The notes beneath the pieces were generated by a model. It saw nothing but the letters and a program-made list of their open reading frames with translations, was not told the DNA's origin and made no database searches. Shown piece after piece: positions 6,840 through 16,205 of a stretch of 32,000 nucleotides of DNA. Both the position numbers and the translations under genes were made by a program. The stretch's first letter is position 1, and every line of letters starts with the position of its first letter. Source of the DNA: Methanocaldococcus jannaschii DSM 2661 (lineage in GTDB: Archaea > AGJL01 > Methanococci > Methanococcales > Methanocaldococcaceae); assembly GCF_000091665.1 (NCBI RefSeq), contig NC_000909.1:940712-972711 (forward strand), read 5' to 3'.

Positions 6840-8414
6840 TTATAAATTTATCACAGCAACATCTTTAATATTTGGAATCTCTTTTATTTTTTCAATAACT
6901 TCCTCAGGGACTGTATGGTCTAAGTTTAATAGCATTACACTTTCTCCTCCAGGCTCTTTTCTTCCTACTTGCATACTTGCAATATTTATTCCATAATCAC
7001 CCAATGTTATGCACACCCTACCAATTGTGCCAGGTCTATCAATATGTTTAATAATTGCTAAAACTCCCTCTGGAATGAAGCTAACTTCATATCCATCAAC
7101 TTCTAAGATAACTGGTTTATTGTTTATTATTGCCCCAACTATTGAGAATTTTTTCTTATCACTTTCAGCAGTTATTTTTATAGCATTTCCATATTTCTCT
7201 TCAGAGGTTGAGCTTTCAACCACATTGATATTTCTATTTTTTGCTATAATAGGGGCATTAACCAAATTGATTCCAGCCAATAATATTGGTGACAAAAGCC
7301 CTTTTAAGAAAGCTCTTTTTATTAAATCAGTTTTTTCTTTGGCTAATTCTCCTGAATATATAAGTTCAACCCTATTAACAGAACCATCTAATACCTGCAT
7401 AACAATGTTTCCAAGCATCTCTGCCAACAACATGTATGGTTTTAGTTTTCCTAACTTTTCTTGGGGAATATTGGGCATATTTACAACATTTTCAGCTAAC
7501 TCTCCTCTCAAAACCTTCTTTATCTGCTCTGCCACAATAGTTCCAGCTGCTTTCTGTGCCTCTTCAGTTGAAGCTCCTTGGTGTGGAGTTCCTATAACAT
7601 TATCTAACGTTAATAATGGATTGTCCTTAGGTGGCTCTTCCTCAAACACATCCAAGGCTGCTGCTCTAATTTTACCCTCTTTTAATGCTTCATATAAAGC
7701 CTTTTCATCAATAAGTCCTCCTCTTGCACAATTAACAATTATGGCATTCTTTTTCATTAGGGCTATTTGTTCTCTACCAATAATATGTCTTGTTTTTGGT
7801 GTTAATGGAACATGCAGAGTTATAAAATCAGCCCTCTTACATAGCTCATTTATATCATCAACCAACTCAACTCCCATACTTTCAGCAACTTCCTTTGGGA
7901 TGTAAGGGTCGTAACCAATTATGTTCATTCCAAATGCCTTAGCTCTCTTAACAACTTGCTGTCCTATCCTTCCCAAACCAATAACTCCAAGTGTTTTTCC
8001 ATACAATTCAATACCTTTAAATCTCTTTCTATCCCATTCTCCTCTTTTTAATGATGCTGTTGCTTGAGGAATGTTTCTTGCAGCAGCAAGCATTAATCCC
8101 ATAGTTAGCTCAGCTACAGAGATTGATGAAGCATCAGGGGCATTAACTACTATAATCCCTTTTTCTGTTGCTGCTTCAACGTCTATGTTATCCACTCCAA
8201 CTCCAGCTCTACCAATAACCTTTAATTTTTCAGCCTTCTCAATAACATCCCTTGTGACCTTTGTCCCACTTCTAACAACTAAAACATCTGCATCTTTAAT
8301 TTTTTCTAACAATTCTTCTTTTGTTAATCCAGTAGCTACTTCAACCTCTCCAACTTCCTCTAATATCTTTATTGCATCTTCATGCAATGGGTCTGTAACT
8401 AATATCTTAACCAT
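6840..8414 (-). CDS. serA: D-3-phosphoglycerate dehydrogenase (long form with C-terminal ACT domain)
   Basis: 524 aa. NAD-binding GLGRIGQQV, catalytic region ARGG...D...H. GGTGA SD lies upstream of ATG 8414. Confidence 0.93.
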   Translation of the reverse strand: MVKILVTDPLHEDAIKILEEVGEVEVATGLTKEELLEKIKDADVLVVRSGTKVTRDVIEKAEKLKVIGRAGVGVDNIDVEAATEKGIIVVNAPDASSISVAELTMGLMLAAARNIPQATASLKRGEWDRKRFKGIELYGKTLGVIGLGRIGQQVVKRAKAFGMNIIGYDPYIPKEVAESMGVELVDDINELCKRADFITLHVPLTPKTRHIIGREQIALMKKNAIIVNCARGGLIDEKALYEALKEGKIRAAALDVFEEEPPKDNPLLTLDNVIGTPHQGASTEEAQKAAGTIVAEQIKKVLRGELAENVVNMPNIPQEKLGKLKPYMLLAEMLGNIVMQVLDGSVNRVELIYSGELAKEKTDLIKRAFLKGLLSPILLAGINLVNAPIIAKNRNINVVESSTSEEKYGNAIKITAESDKKKFSIVGAIINNKPVILEVDGYEVSFIPEGVLAIIKHIDRPGTIGRVCITLGDYGINIASMQVGRKEPGGESVMLLNLDHTVPEEVIEKIKEIPNIKDVAVINL

Positions 8415-8546
8415 GTCTATTCACCATTTCATCAATTATTAACAACCATAAATTATAAAATGCATAATGTCCTCTAAAAGCAGTAGATAGATGATTATCC
8501 CAATCATATATATATGTGATAGTTTATAGGTATTTTGGTGAAATAT

Positions 8547-9611
8547 ATGGAGGCAGTGTTAATCTTAGAGGACGGAACAATTTTAAAAGGAAAAGGTTTT
8601 GGAGCAGAGAAAGAGGTTTTTGGAGAATTAGTTTTTACAACAGTTATGACTGGTTATGTTGAAGTTTTAACAGACCCTTCATATAAAGGGCAAATAGTTA
8701 TGATGACTTATCCATTAGAAGGGAATTATGGAGTTAAAAAGGATTGGTTTGAGTCAGATGGGATAAAGGCAGAGGGTTTTGTTGTTAGAGAGGTAACAAG
8801 TAAAGCTTTAGATGACTTTTTAAAGGAGTATGATATCCCAGGAATTCAAGATATTGATACAAGATTCTTAACAAGAAAGATTAGGGATAAAGGAGTTGTT
8901 AAAAGCTGTTTAAAGGTTGCTGAAGAAATAAGTGATGATGAAATATCTGAATTATTGGAGAGAGTTAAAAGATACAGTGATATATCAGATATTGATTTAG
9001 TTCCTTTAGTTTCAACAAAAGAACCAAAAATTCATAAAACAGCTAACCCAAAGGCAAGATGTGTTTTAATTGATTGTGGAGTTAAATTGAATATTATAAG
9101 AAGTTTAGTTCAAAGAAACTGTGAAGTTATTCAAGTCCCATACAACACAAAGTATGATGAAATCTTAGAATACAAACCAGATTTTGTTTTAATCTCCAAT
9201 GGCCCAGGAGACCCAGCAAGATTAAAAGAAGTTATTAAAAATATTAAAAACTTAATTGGTGTTGTCCCAATAACAGGAATTTGTTTAGGTAATCAACTTT
9301 TATCCTTAGCATTTGGTGGAGAAACATACAAGATGAAGTTTGGGCATAGGGGAGGAAACCAGCCAGTTAAAGATTTAAAAACACAAAAAGTTTATATAAC
9401 CTCCCAAAACCATGGATTTGCTGTTAGAAAGGAGAGCTTACCAGATGATGTAGAAGTTAGCTTTATAAATCTAAACGATATGACTGTTGAAGGTATTAGG
9501 CATAAGGATTTACCAATATTCTCAGTTCAATTCCACCCAGAGGCAAGACCAGGACCTCATGACACAATGTTTTTATTCGATGAGATGATTAAGCTGAAGG
9601 ATAGGAAATAA
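8547..9611 (+). CDS. carA: Carbamoyl-phosphate synthase small (glutaminase) subunit
   Basis: N-terminal CPSase small-chain domain ([14 protein letters not shown]) and a class-I GATase with GICLGNQ nucleophile and FHPE. The ORF track starts at TTG 8535. ATG 8547 follows GGTGA (8536-8540). Confidence 0.93.
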   Translation: MEAVLILEDGTILKGKGFGAEKEVFGELVFTTVMTGYVEVLTDPSYKGQIVMMTYPLEGNYGVKKDWFESDGIKAEGFVVREVTSKALDDFLKEYDIPGIQDIDTRFLTRKIRDKGVVKSCLKVAEEISDDEISELLERVKRYSDISDIDLVPLVSTKEPKIHKTANPKARCVLIDCGVKLNIIRSLVQRNCEVIQVPYNTKYDEILEYKPDFVLISNGPGDPARLKEVIKNIKNLIGVVPITGICLGNQLLSLAFGGETYKMKFGHRGGNQPVKDLKTQKVYITSQNHGFAVRKESLPDDVEVSFINLNDMTVEGIRHKDLPIFSVQFHPEARPGPHDTMFLFDEMIKLKDRK

Positions 9612-9717
9612 ACTTCTAAAAAATATTTTTATTTTATTGCCTTGAAGGTTAATTTAATTTTAAATTTAAATTATTTTAATTAAATTAAAAACAAGTTTTA
9701 TCTAAATGGGGAGAGAT

Positions 9718-10485
9718 ATGGACTTCGAAGAGCTAAATTCTCTACAAGGGATTCCAAAAATGATTTATGATGAACTAATTAAAAATAAAAAGGTAAATAC
9801 TTTTTTAAAAATGTCAAATATCATGGCTGTTGGTAGATTAGGCTACAATGACCATGGAAAAACACACGCTAAGATAGTGGCAAACAATGCAATAAAGATG
9901 CTAAAAATTTTATATAAAAAAGGGATAGAGCCAAGTTTTGTAAAAGACTGCAAAGGCAGTTTTGAAGATTCTTTAGTTATAACTCTTTTGGGAGCTTATT
10001 TGCATGATATTGGAAATTCAGTGCATAGAGATATTCATCACTTACATTCAGCATATTTGGCTTTGGATATAGTTGAAAACATATTAAAAAAGTATTATAA
10101 AGAAGAGAAAGCTTATCAGATGACTACTGAGGTTTTACACGCTATTTATTCTCACAGTGAAGGAATTATGGGATTAACGATTGAAGCTGGAGTTATTGCC
10201 GTTGCAGATGGAACAGATATGACAAAGGGAAGGTCAAGAATTCCAATCTGTAAAAAATGCTATGATATACATTCAGTTTCAGCGGCTTCAATTGAAAGAG
10301 TTGAAATAAAGGAGGGCGATGAGAAGCCAATACAAATTGAGGTAATACTATCAAATGAAGCTGGGATATTCCAAATCCAAGAGGTTTTAGGAGAGAAAAT
10401 AAAATGGAGTGGAATAAAAAATTATGTCTCTGTATATGCAAGAGTTGAAAAAGAAAAACCTGTATTTGAAGAAATTACAATTTAA
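9718..10485 (+). CDS. HD-domain metal-dependent phosphohydrolase
   Basis: H...HD motif (GAYLHDIGN). Two in-frame ATGs at 9706 and 9718; GGGGAGAG precedes the second. The start is uncertain by 12 nt. Confidence 0.7.
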   Translation: MDFEELNSLQGIPKMIYDELIKNKKVNTFLKMSNIMAVGRLGYNDHGKTHAKIVANNAIKMLKILYKKGIEPSFVKDCKGSFEDSLVITLLGAYLHDIGNSVHRDIHHLHSAYLALDIVENILKKYYKEEKAYQMTTEVLHAIYSHSEGIMGLTIEAGVIAVADGTDMTKGRSRIPICKKCYDIHSVSAASIERVEIKEGDEKPIQIEVILSNEAGIFQIQEVLGEKIKWSGIKNYVSVYARVEKEKPVFEEITI

Positions 10486-10493
10486 AAATTTTA

Positions 10494-10531
10494 TAGTGTC
10501 TTTCAAAAATTCTTAAAATAATAAGACACTA
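10494..10531. terminator. Hairpin between convergent genes (possible bidirectional terminator)
   Basis: TAGTGTCTT 10494-10502 pairs with AAGACACTA 10523-10531 (9 bp). The right arm overlaps the stop codon of the 10529..11020 ORF. Flanks are AT-rich. Confidence 0.35.
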
Positions 10532-11020
10532 ATTATACGCTTCTTCTTTTTGATTTTTTTCTTCATACCTCAGATTTTCTAAATATTTTGAAAACTCTTC
10601 TAAATTCGAAGTACCTATTTTTGATAATGCTTCATTGATTATTATAACCCTTAATTCATTCTCAAGTGTTTTAAGTTTATCATTTAGCTCTTCTATTTCC
10701 TTATTGATGTTCCATCTCACAGATTCAAGATCTTCTGTATCAATTTTTTCAACTGCCTCTAACATTTTAACGATTTTCATGAAAACTGGGATGTTTGTAA
10801 ATTTACTTAATCTTGGCAGTATTGATTTTATAATATCAGCATCTCTTTTGAGATGTTTTAAATTTACATCCAAATTTTCAAAATCTTCAAGGATATTTTC
10901 TAAATAACTAATTTCATCTTTTGTTTTTATATATTCCCTTAATAGATCTCTTAGTCTTTCTTTCTCTTTAAAATTTTTATCTTTTAATAATATTAGCTCA
11001 GCTACTCTCTCAATCTCCAT
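10529..11020 (-). CDS. Hypothetical coiled-coil protein
   Basis: ORF track 163 aa, K/E/L-rich heptad-like sequence. GGTGA SD lies 7 nt upstream of ATG 11020. Confidence 0.6.
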   Translation of the reverse strand: MEIERVAELILLKDKNFKEKERLRDLLREYIKTKDEISYLENILEDFENLDVNLKHLKRDADIIKSILPRLSKFTNIPVFMKIVKMLEAVEKIDTEDLESVRWNINKEIEELNDKLKTLENELRVIIINEALSKIGTSNLEEFSKYLENLRYEEKNQKEEAYN

Positions 11021-11106
11021 TAACTATTCACCATTAATTGTTGTTAAGAAAACTCCAATGTTTTAGCTCGGAGGGGATTTAGGAAGGTGAATAAGCAAGC
11101 ATAATT

Positions 11107-11114
11107 TTTATATA
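11107..11114 (+). promoter_or_regulatory. TATA box (TTTATATA) for the downstream GC-rich RNA
   Basis: The TTTATATA centre is about 27-30 nt upstream of the first G-rich residues at 11141, the spacing expected for an archaeal promoter. Confidence 0.5.
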
Positions 11115-11140
11115 TTCGATTTAGTGTATAATTTTTATTT

Positions 11141-11260
11141 GAGGGCTGTCTGACCCAGCCCGATGAGCTGAACCTGCCCTGTGACCTACCGGCGACGGTA
11201 GGGAGAAGGGTGTTCCCCGTGGGAACCTCCGAGCTTTAGCTCGGAGAGGAGGTCAGCTTT
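11141..11260 (+). ncRNA. GC-rich structured small RNA of unknown family (high-GC island in an AT-rich hyperthermophile genome)
   Basis: 74 of 116 nt (11141-11256) are G/C by hand count. There are four hairpins inside a closing helix, a GCGA tetraloop, G-U pairs that only work on the plus strand, an upstream TATA box and a 3' T-run (11258-11261). Confidence 0.65.
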
Positions 11261-12962
11261 TAACATTTCTTATATTTACTAAAGCTCCATGCTTTGCCTT
11301 TTTCATTTCAAAACCACTCATCAAAGCTCTTCCAATCCCTAAAAATGTATCATCTTTAATTAAGACGACTTCATCATTATAGGAAATATTTTCATTGCAA
11401 TCAACAAATCCGGGAGGAAAGAGAGAACCTTTTTTAATTTCATAATTTACTTCAATATAGTTGATGTCTTTTCCCCCACTGTTCCACAACAACTCTCCCC
11501 CACTTAAGGTTAAGATAAGCAAACCATTTTTTGGATTTATTGATGCTATTTGTTGATTTTTATTGTTAATTTTTGTAAATATTTGCCCCTTATGATTTAT
11601 AAATATTTCGTTTGGTATAAAGTTTATGCCAAATTGAAACTCTGCAAGTTGCTGAATATTATGAATTCTTTGTCCCTTTTTATTTATATCTTTACTTTTT
11701 GTTAGTTCTTTATACTTTTTTAGTGTGTCAGTTAAATTTTTTAAAGCTTCTTCTGATGTTGGATTTCCTTTTGATGTAATAACAATATCATCCAACTCCA
11801 AAATCTCAAGGTAGTGTTCTGGAAGATGAGCTATAACAATATAATCATCAAATTTCTCCTTAACCTTCTTTAAGAAGTTTTTTAAACAGTTGTTTATAAG
11901 CTCTATCTCTTCAAAACTCCATTCTCCAGTTACTGGAATGTCATAATTGACTAACCTTTCCAAAGCTCTCGGCACTAATCCGTAGGGAGATGTTAATATA
12001 ACTTCCTCAACAACAACTTTTGCAGATTTTATCGCCTTTATAAATTTTTGGTGAGATTGGGAAATTGAGTAGGGCTTTTTTGATGAGCAAGGTAATAAAA
12101 CTATAATGTTTGAATACGGCTCATAGTTATCTAATCTTTCCAAATATTTTTTAACCTCTGGAATATTAATGTTGGTTGTTACAATAATCTTATTTTCTTT
12201 TGATAACGGGATGTTTCTTAAATCTGGCTCATATCTTCTATAATTTGCCCACAAATATGGATGAGATACAGCTGTTTCTTCAACAACATTTCTTAGAAAT
12301 CCATTTTTTATAGCTATCCTAACTTCTTCTAAGATTTCCTCATAAACTTTTTTATTGTTATTATATAATTCCTCAAAACTAAAGCTATCTACCTTTACAG
12401 CCCTATTTTTTGTAAATTTGTAGCCCATTGATGCATATAACTTAGCTAATGAGTCATCAAAGTAATCAACGCCTATATAAGCCAATAGTGGAATTTCCCA
12501 AGGAAATACAGCTGGGGAGTAAATAGCTGAGTTTGGAGATATTTTTTCTCTAATTTTTGGTATTATTTGAAGTTCTTTTCTTTCTATCAACCTTCTACCA
12601 TCTGCTATGATATATAAATCAGCATCTTCCAATTCAATTAAATCAACGTGCTTACCAAAGTTTAGTATTTGATATTTAAATACATTACCCTTATATTTAA
12701 CAGTTCCAATAAAAGATTTTTTAAATATTGAGGTTAGTTCTCTAAATGTATCAAAAGGCATCTTTATGCCATCAGCTTTAACATAGGACTTTCGCAGTTC
12801 ATATATGGATTTGGAATTTGGACACCTAAAAGGTGTCATTATACCATAAAAAATTTTTTCCTGCGAAAGTCCTATGACATCAATGTCAATTAGCTTAGGG
12901 GTTAGTTCTTTATCTTCCTCTTTGCACAGTCTTCCAATATCATAGGCAATTGGTTCGAGCAT
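11253..12962 (-). CDS. arcS: Archaeosine synthase ArcS (tRNA preQ0-15 modifying enzyme), with C-terminal PUA domain
   Basis: The ArcS signature PC-X3-KPY-X2-S-X2-H is present as PCSSKKPYSISQSH. The C-terminal PUA-like domain is ...VVLIKDDTFLGIGRALMSGFEMKKAKHGALVNIRNV. Confidence 0.85.
   Translation of the reverse strand: MLEPIAYDIGRLCKEEDKELTPKLIDIDVIGLSQEKIFYGIMTPFRCPNSKSIYELRKSYVKADGIKMPFDTFRELTSIFKKSFIGTVKYKGNVFKYQILNFGKHVDLIELEDADLYIIADGRRLIERKELQIIPKIREKISPNSAIYSPAVFPWEIPLLAYIGVDYFDDSLAKLYASMGYKFTKNRAVKVDSFSFEELYNNNKKVYEEILEEVRIAIKNGFLRNVVEETAVSHPYLWANYRRYEPDLRNIPLSKENKIIVTTNINIPEVKKYLERLDNYEPYSNIIVLLPCSSKKPYSISQSHQKFIKAIKSAKVVVEEVILTSPYGLVPRALERLVNYDIPVTGEWSFEEIELINNCLKNFLKKVKEKFDDYIVIAHLPEHYLEILELDDIVITSKGNPTSEEALKNLTDTLKKYKELTKSKDINKKGQRIHNIQQLAEFQFGINFIPNEIFINHKGQIFTKINNKNQQIASINPKNGLLILTLSGGELLWNSGGKDINYIEVNYEIKKGSLFPPGFVDCNENISYNDEVVLIKDDTFLGIGRALMSGFEMKKAKHGALVNIRNVKS
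12782..12876. repeat. Palindromic element copy E3 (95 bp) inside the arcS coding sequence
   Basis: CATAGGACTTTCGCAG 12782-12797 and CTGCGAAAGTCCTATG 12861-12876 are a perfect 16-bp inverted repeat. Central GACACC(12821-26)-TAAAA-GGTGTC(12832-37). Spacers are 23 nt each and the symmetry centre is 12829. Confidence 0.8.
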
Positions 12963-13042
12963 TTTATCACATCAACAACTTTAATTTTAAAACTCAAAAG
13001 AATATTAATAATCACCATTAATAAAATTAATGTTGGGAGATT

Positions 13043-13831
13043 ATGAAACCAAAAATTAAGGTAGAGAACTTAACAAAATACTTTGGAGATAAAAAGGTTT
13101 TGGATGAGATTTCTTTTGAAGTTTATGAAGGGGAGATTTTTGGATTATTGGGGCATAATGGAGCTGGAAAAACAACTACTTTAAGAATATTGGCAGGGAT
13201 TATTGAGGAATATACTGGCTATGTAGAAGTTAATGGAAAAATTGGTTATTTGCCAGAGGAGAGGGGACTTTATAGGGATGAGAAAGTTGTAGATGTATTA
13301 AAGTTTTTTGGTGAATTGGCTGGGATGAAAAAAGAAGAGATTGCCAAAAGTATTGATTACTGGTTAAATAAACTAAAAATTAGTAATTACAAATACTCAA
13401 AAATTAAAGAACTATCTAAAGGAAATCAGCAAAAAGTTCAATTTATTGTTTCAGTTATTCATAATCCAGATATTGTTATTTTAGATGAGCCGTTTTCTGG
13501 GTTGGATGTTGTTAATGTTAGACTACTGAGAGATATAATATTTGAGCTAAAGGAAGAAGGAAAAACAATAATACTATCAACTCATCAATTAGAAAAGATA
13601 GAGAGGTTGTGTGATAGAGTTTTAATCTTAAAGAAAGGGAAAGCAGTTCATTATGGAAAGATTGAAGATATCTGTAGAAAAATGGCATACATTGAGTATT
13701 TAGATAACGGAAAGTTAATAAAGAAAGAGATTCCTTATGAAGAGGCTGTTTTAATTTTAAAAGAAAAGGCAGAAGATGTAATTAAATTTGAGGTTAGATA
13801 TTCATTGGAAGATCTATTTTTAGATGAATAG
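13043..13831 (+). CDS. ABC transporter ATP-binding protein (ABC-2/NatA-like subfamily)
   Basis: Walker A GHNGAGKTT, signature LSKGNQQKV, Walker B ILDEPFSGLD. Confidence 0.9.
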   Translation: MKPKIKVENLTKYFGDKKVLDEISFEVYEGEIFGLLGHNGAGKTTTLRILAGIIEEYTGYVEVNGKIGYLPEERGLYRDEKVVDVLKFFGELAGMKKEEIAKSIDYWLNKLKISNYKYSKIKELSKGNQQKVQFIVSVIHNPDIVILDEPFSGLDVVNVRLLRDIIFELKEEGKTIILSTHQLEKIERLCDRVLILKKGKAVHYGKIEDICRKMAYIEYLDNGKLIKKEIPYEEAVLILKEKAEDVIKFEVRYSLEDLFLDE

Positions 13832-13841
13832 TGGTGATATA

Positions 13842-15035
13842 ATGAAACTCAATATCAAAAAAATTTTAACTATTGGAAAAAGAGAAGTTCTCAGCAATAT
13901 AAAAAGGAAACAGTTTTTAATAGCTACTATTATAGGGCCTTTAATTATAATTGCCTTAGCGATAATTGGAAGTTTTATGATGTTTGACATTAAGGAGATA
14001 AAAGTTGGCTATGTTGATGAATTTGGCTTAGGTATTCCAAATAAAGTTGTAGAAAATAACTTTGGAAAAAATACAACCATATATTTTATAAAATATGAAA
14101 ACATTGAAAAAGGCAAAGAGGATGTTTTAAATAAAAGCATAGATGCTTTAATAGTTATTCCAAAAGATTACTTAGATTCTGGAAAAATAATACTTTACTC
14201 AACAACAAAATCACCAAATCCTATAATTACAGATACTCTAAATAAATTCCTATTAAAAAAGCTTTTAAAAGGTAAGGTTGATAATAAAACATACAATAGA
14301 GTTATAAATCCTATGAATCTTGAAATTTATTCTGTATCTAAAAAAGGATTTGAAAAAGAGACGTTTTTATCTCAATTATTGCCAATTGGATTTGTTTTCT
14401 TGTTGTATATGGCTATCTCTTCACTATCAGGAATTATTGTCTCATCAATTATTGAAGAGAAGCAAAATAGAATTATGGAGCTTTTGCTTTGCTATTCATC
14501 AGCTGAAAATCTAATGTTTGGTAAAATACTGGGAATTTCGGCTGTTGGTTTATTGCAAATAGGAATTTGGGTGTTGTTTGCTTTACCTATAATAATAACT
14601 TATGCAGTTAAAGTCTCTCTGTATTTAGCAATCTTTGCTTTGATTTATTTTGTATTAGGATACTTGTTTTATTCATCTCTACTATGCGGGTTGTCTTCCT
14701 TGTTTTCTCATCCAAAAGATGCATCTCAATTAATATCTCCAATAATAATCATCCAAATTATTCCAATAATGTTTATGAACACGATAATGGTTAATCCAAA
14801 TCACTATATGGCTAAAATTCTTTCTTATGTTCCATTTACTGCTCCTTATGCAGTTGTTTTGAGAGCGAGTGTAACTCAGCTACCTTTAATAGAAATTGTA
14901 TTATCAACAGCAATTATGATTGTTAGTATAGTAATATCCTTTATCTTATCAATTAAGCTGTTTAAAATTGGTGTTTTGCTGTATGAAGAAAATCTAACAT
15001 TAAAAAGAGTTATAAAAATTATCTTTAAAAAATAA
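13842..15035 (+). CDS. ABC-2 type transporter permease (NatB-like)
   Basis: One N-terminal TM helix, a large extracytoplasmic loop and a C-terminal TM bundle, adjacent to the ATPase. ATG 13842 follows GGTGAT (13833-13838). The ORF track starts at ATG 13824. Confidence 0.8.
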   Translation: MKLNIKKILTIGKREVLSNIKRKQFLIATIIGPLIIIALAIIGSFMMFDIKEIKVGYVDEFGLGIPNKVVENNFGKNTTIYFIKYENIEKGKEDVLNKSIDALIVIPKDYLDSGKIILYSTTKSPNPIITDTLNKFLLKKLLKGKVDNKTYNRVINPMNLEIYSVSKKGFEKETFLSQLLPIGFVFLLYMAISSLSGIIVSSIIEEKQNRIMELLLCYSSAENLMFGKILGISAVGLLQIGIWVLFALPIIITYAVKVSLYLAIFALIYFVLGYLFYSSLLCGLSSLFSHPKDASQLISPIIIIQIIPIMFMNTIMVNPNHYMAKILSYVPFTAPYAVVLRASVTQLPLIEIVLSTAIMIVSIVISFILSIKLFKIGVLLYEENLTLKRVIKIIFKK

Positions 15036-16190
15036 TTATTTCTTGTTTTTCAAAATCTCTATTATCTCATCATCTACTGGTTTCATTGCTTTCCCAATTT
15101 TTCCAATATTCTCTATGCATTCTTTAAAGTCCTTTCCGACAATTCCATTTGTATATGGCACTTTGGAGAATAAAGATAAATATATAGCAAAGACACCAGA
15201 AGCTATCTTTAAAGCACAGCCAATTTTTCCTCCGTCACAAACGATTCCTGGAAGGTTTGCTGTAAAGCTTTTAATACTTTCTTCAATTCTATCAAATCCA
15301 AATATATAATAGGATAAACCAGAAACAGCTCCAATTCCTCCTCTATTTACACATCCACACATTGCTGAGATGTAGGATGAATGATATGCTGAATATATAG
15401 TTGTTAAAGCTGATAGAGTTATAGATTTTGTCAATTTCTCTTCATCATGCCCTTTTATTTCATCATAGGCGATTATTGGTAAAGTAGCTGTTAATCCCAT
15501 ATTTCCACTACCAGCAATAGCCATGGCTGGTTTATTGATACCTATCATTCTATTATAAACTGCTGAAACTGTTTTTTTAAGCATATGATTTAGAATTTCA
15601 TCCTTTAAATCTAAGCTAATAAAATCTTCTGGAACTTCTGGCGTTGAGAGGTTTTTGTTAGTTTCTATTGTTTCTTTAATAATTTTAATAACTTCTTCAG
15701 GAATATCTTCAATATAATCAATGAAATCTTTAAGAGTTAGGCTTTTGTATGCATTTTTTAAATCATCAGATAGAGATTTTCCAGAATGACTCCCTTTTGT
15801 TTCTGCCTCATATACTTTATTAGCTTTTATAATTACTTTACAATAAACGTCTGAATCAATTACTTCTATTTTTAACTTATTTTCAATGAATTCTTCTAAT
15901 TTCTCATCATATTTTATGTCTTTGAATACTTCAAGCTTATTCTCTTCCCTTCCTAACAAACCACCAACAACTGCTGGCAATATTCCAAATTTATTAGTGT
16001 TAGGAACACCAACTGAAAAGGCATTTTTAAAAGTTCCCTTATCTAAGATTAATTTAATCTCTTTTATTGAATACAAATCCTCTGGTTTTGCCTTAGCGAC
16101 AGTATAACCAATTAATCCAACTTCTGTGCAACCTAACGCCTTAACTACCTCATTTTTTAAAATTTCAGTTATTAATTCATTTTTGTTCAT
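15036..16190 (-). CDS. UPF0597/serine-dehydratase-alpha-like protein; L-cysteine desulfidase family
   Basis: Conserved Cys-rich blocks are present (GCTEVG, CGCVNRGG, CDGGKIGCALK). By recollection, the M. jannaschii protein at this locus was characterised as an Fe-S L-cysteine desulfidase. ATG 16190 follows GGTG; the ORF track starts at GTG 16202. Confidence 0.75.
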   Translation of the reverse strand: MNKNELITEILKNEVVKALGCTEVGLIGYTVAKAKPEDLYSIKEIKLILDKGTFKNAFSVGVPNTNKFGILPAVVGGLLGREENKLEVFKDIKYDEKLEEFIENKLKIEVIDSDVYCKVIIKANKVYEAETKGSHSGKSLSDDLKNAYKSLTLKDFIDYIEDIPEEVIKIIKETIETNKNLSTPEVPEDFISLDLKDEILNHMLKKTVSAVYNRMIGINKPAMAIAGSGNMGLTATLPIIAYDEIKGHDEEKLTKSITLSALTTIYSAYHSSYISAMCGCVNRGGIGAVSGLSYYIFGFDRIEESIKSFTANLPGIVCDGGKIGCALKIASGVFAIYLSLFSKVPYTNGIVGKDFKECIENIGKIGKAMKPVDDEIIEILKNKK

Positions 16191-16205
16191 AATAGACACC
16201 ACATT

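Noticed and set aside
7009-8442. Long plus-strand ORFs (298 aa and 123 aa) opposite serA
   Set aside because: They lie entirely antisense to a strongly conserved serA ORF. Composition is low-complexity S/F/I/L-rich, typical of shadow ORFs in AT-rich genomes, and there is no SD. The same reasoning applies to 796-1011, 1423-1638, 2626-2919, 4162-4365, 5648-5866, 6236-6523, 10193-10441, 10635-10907, 15043-15309, 15886-16107, 17077-17481, 18097-18342, 22807-23115, 23719-24192, 25762-25944, 27917-28201 and 30779-31054.
11141-11260. GC-rich RNA as a tRNA, SRP RNA, RNase P RNA, C/D sRNA, hammerhead or SECIS
   Set aside because: It has no GGTTCGAATCC-type T-loop or 7-bp acceptor with the 8-9 spacer. 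It has no GAGGAAAGTCC (RNase P CR-I) and no SRP GGAA/GNAR helix-8 motifs. CGAUGAG plus CUGA are adjacent, not arranged as C/D or hammerhead cores. arcS is not a selenoprotein gene, and the strand evidence favours plus. It is left as an unknown family.
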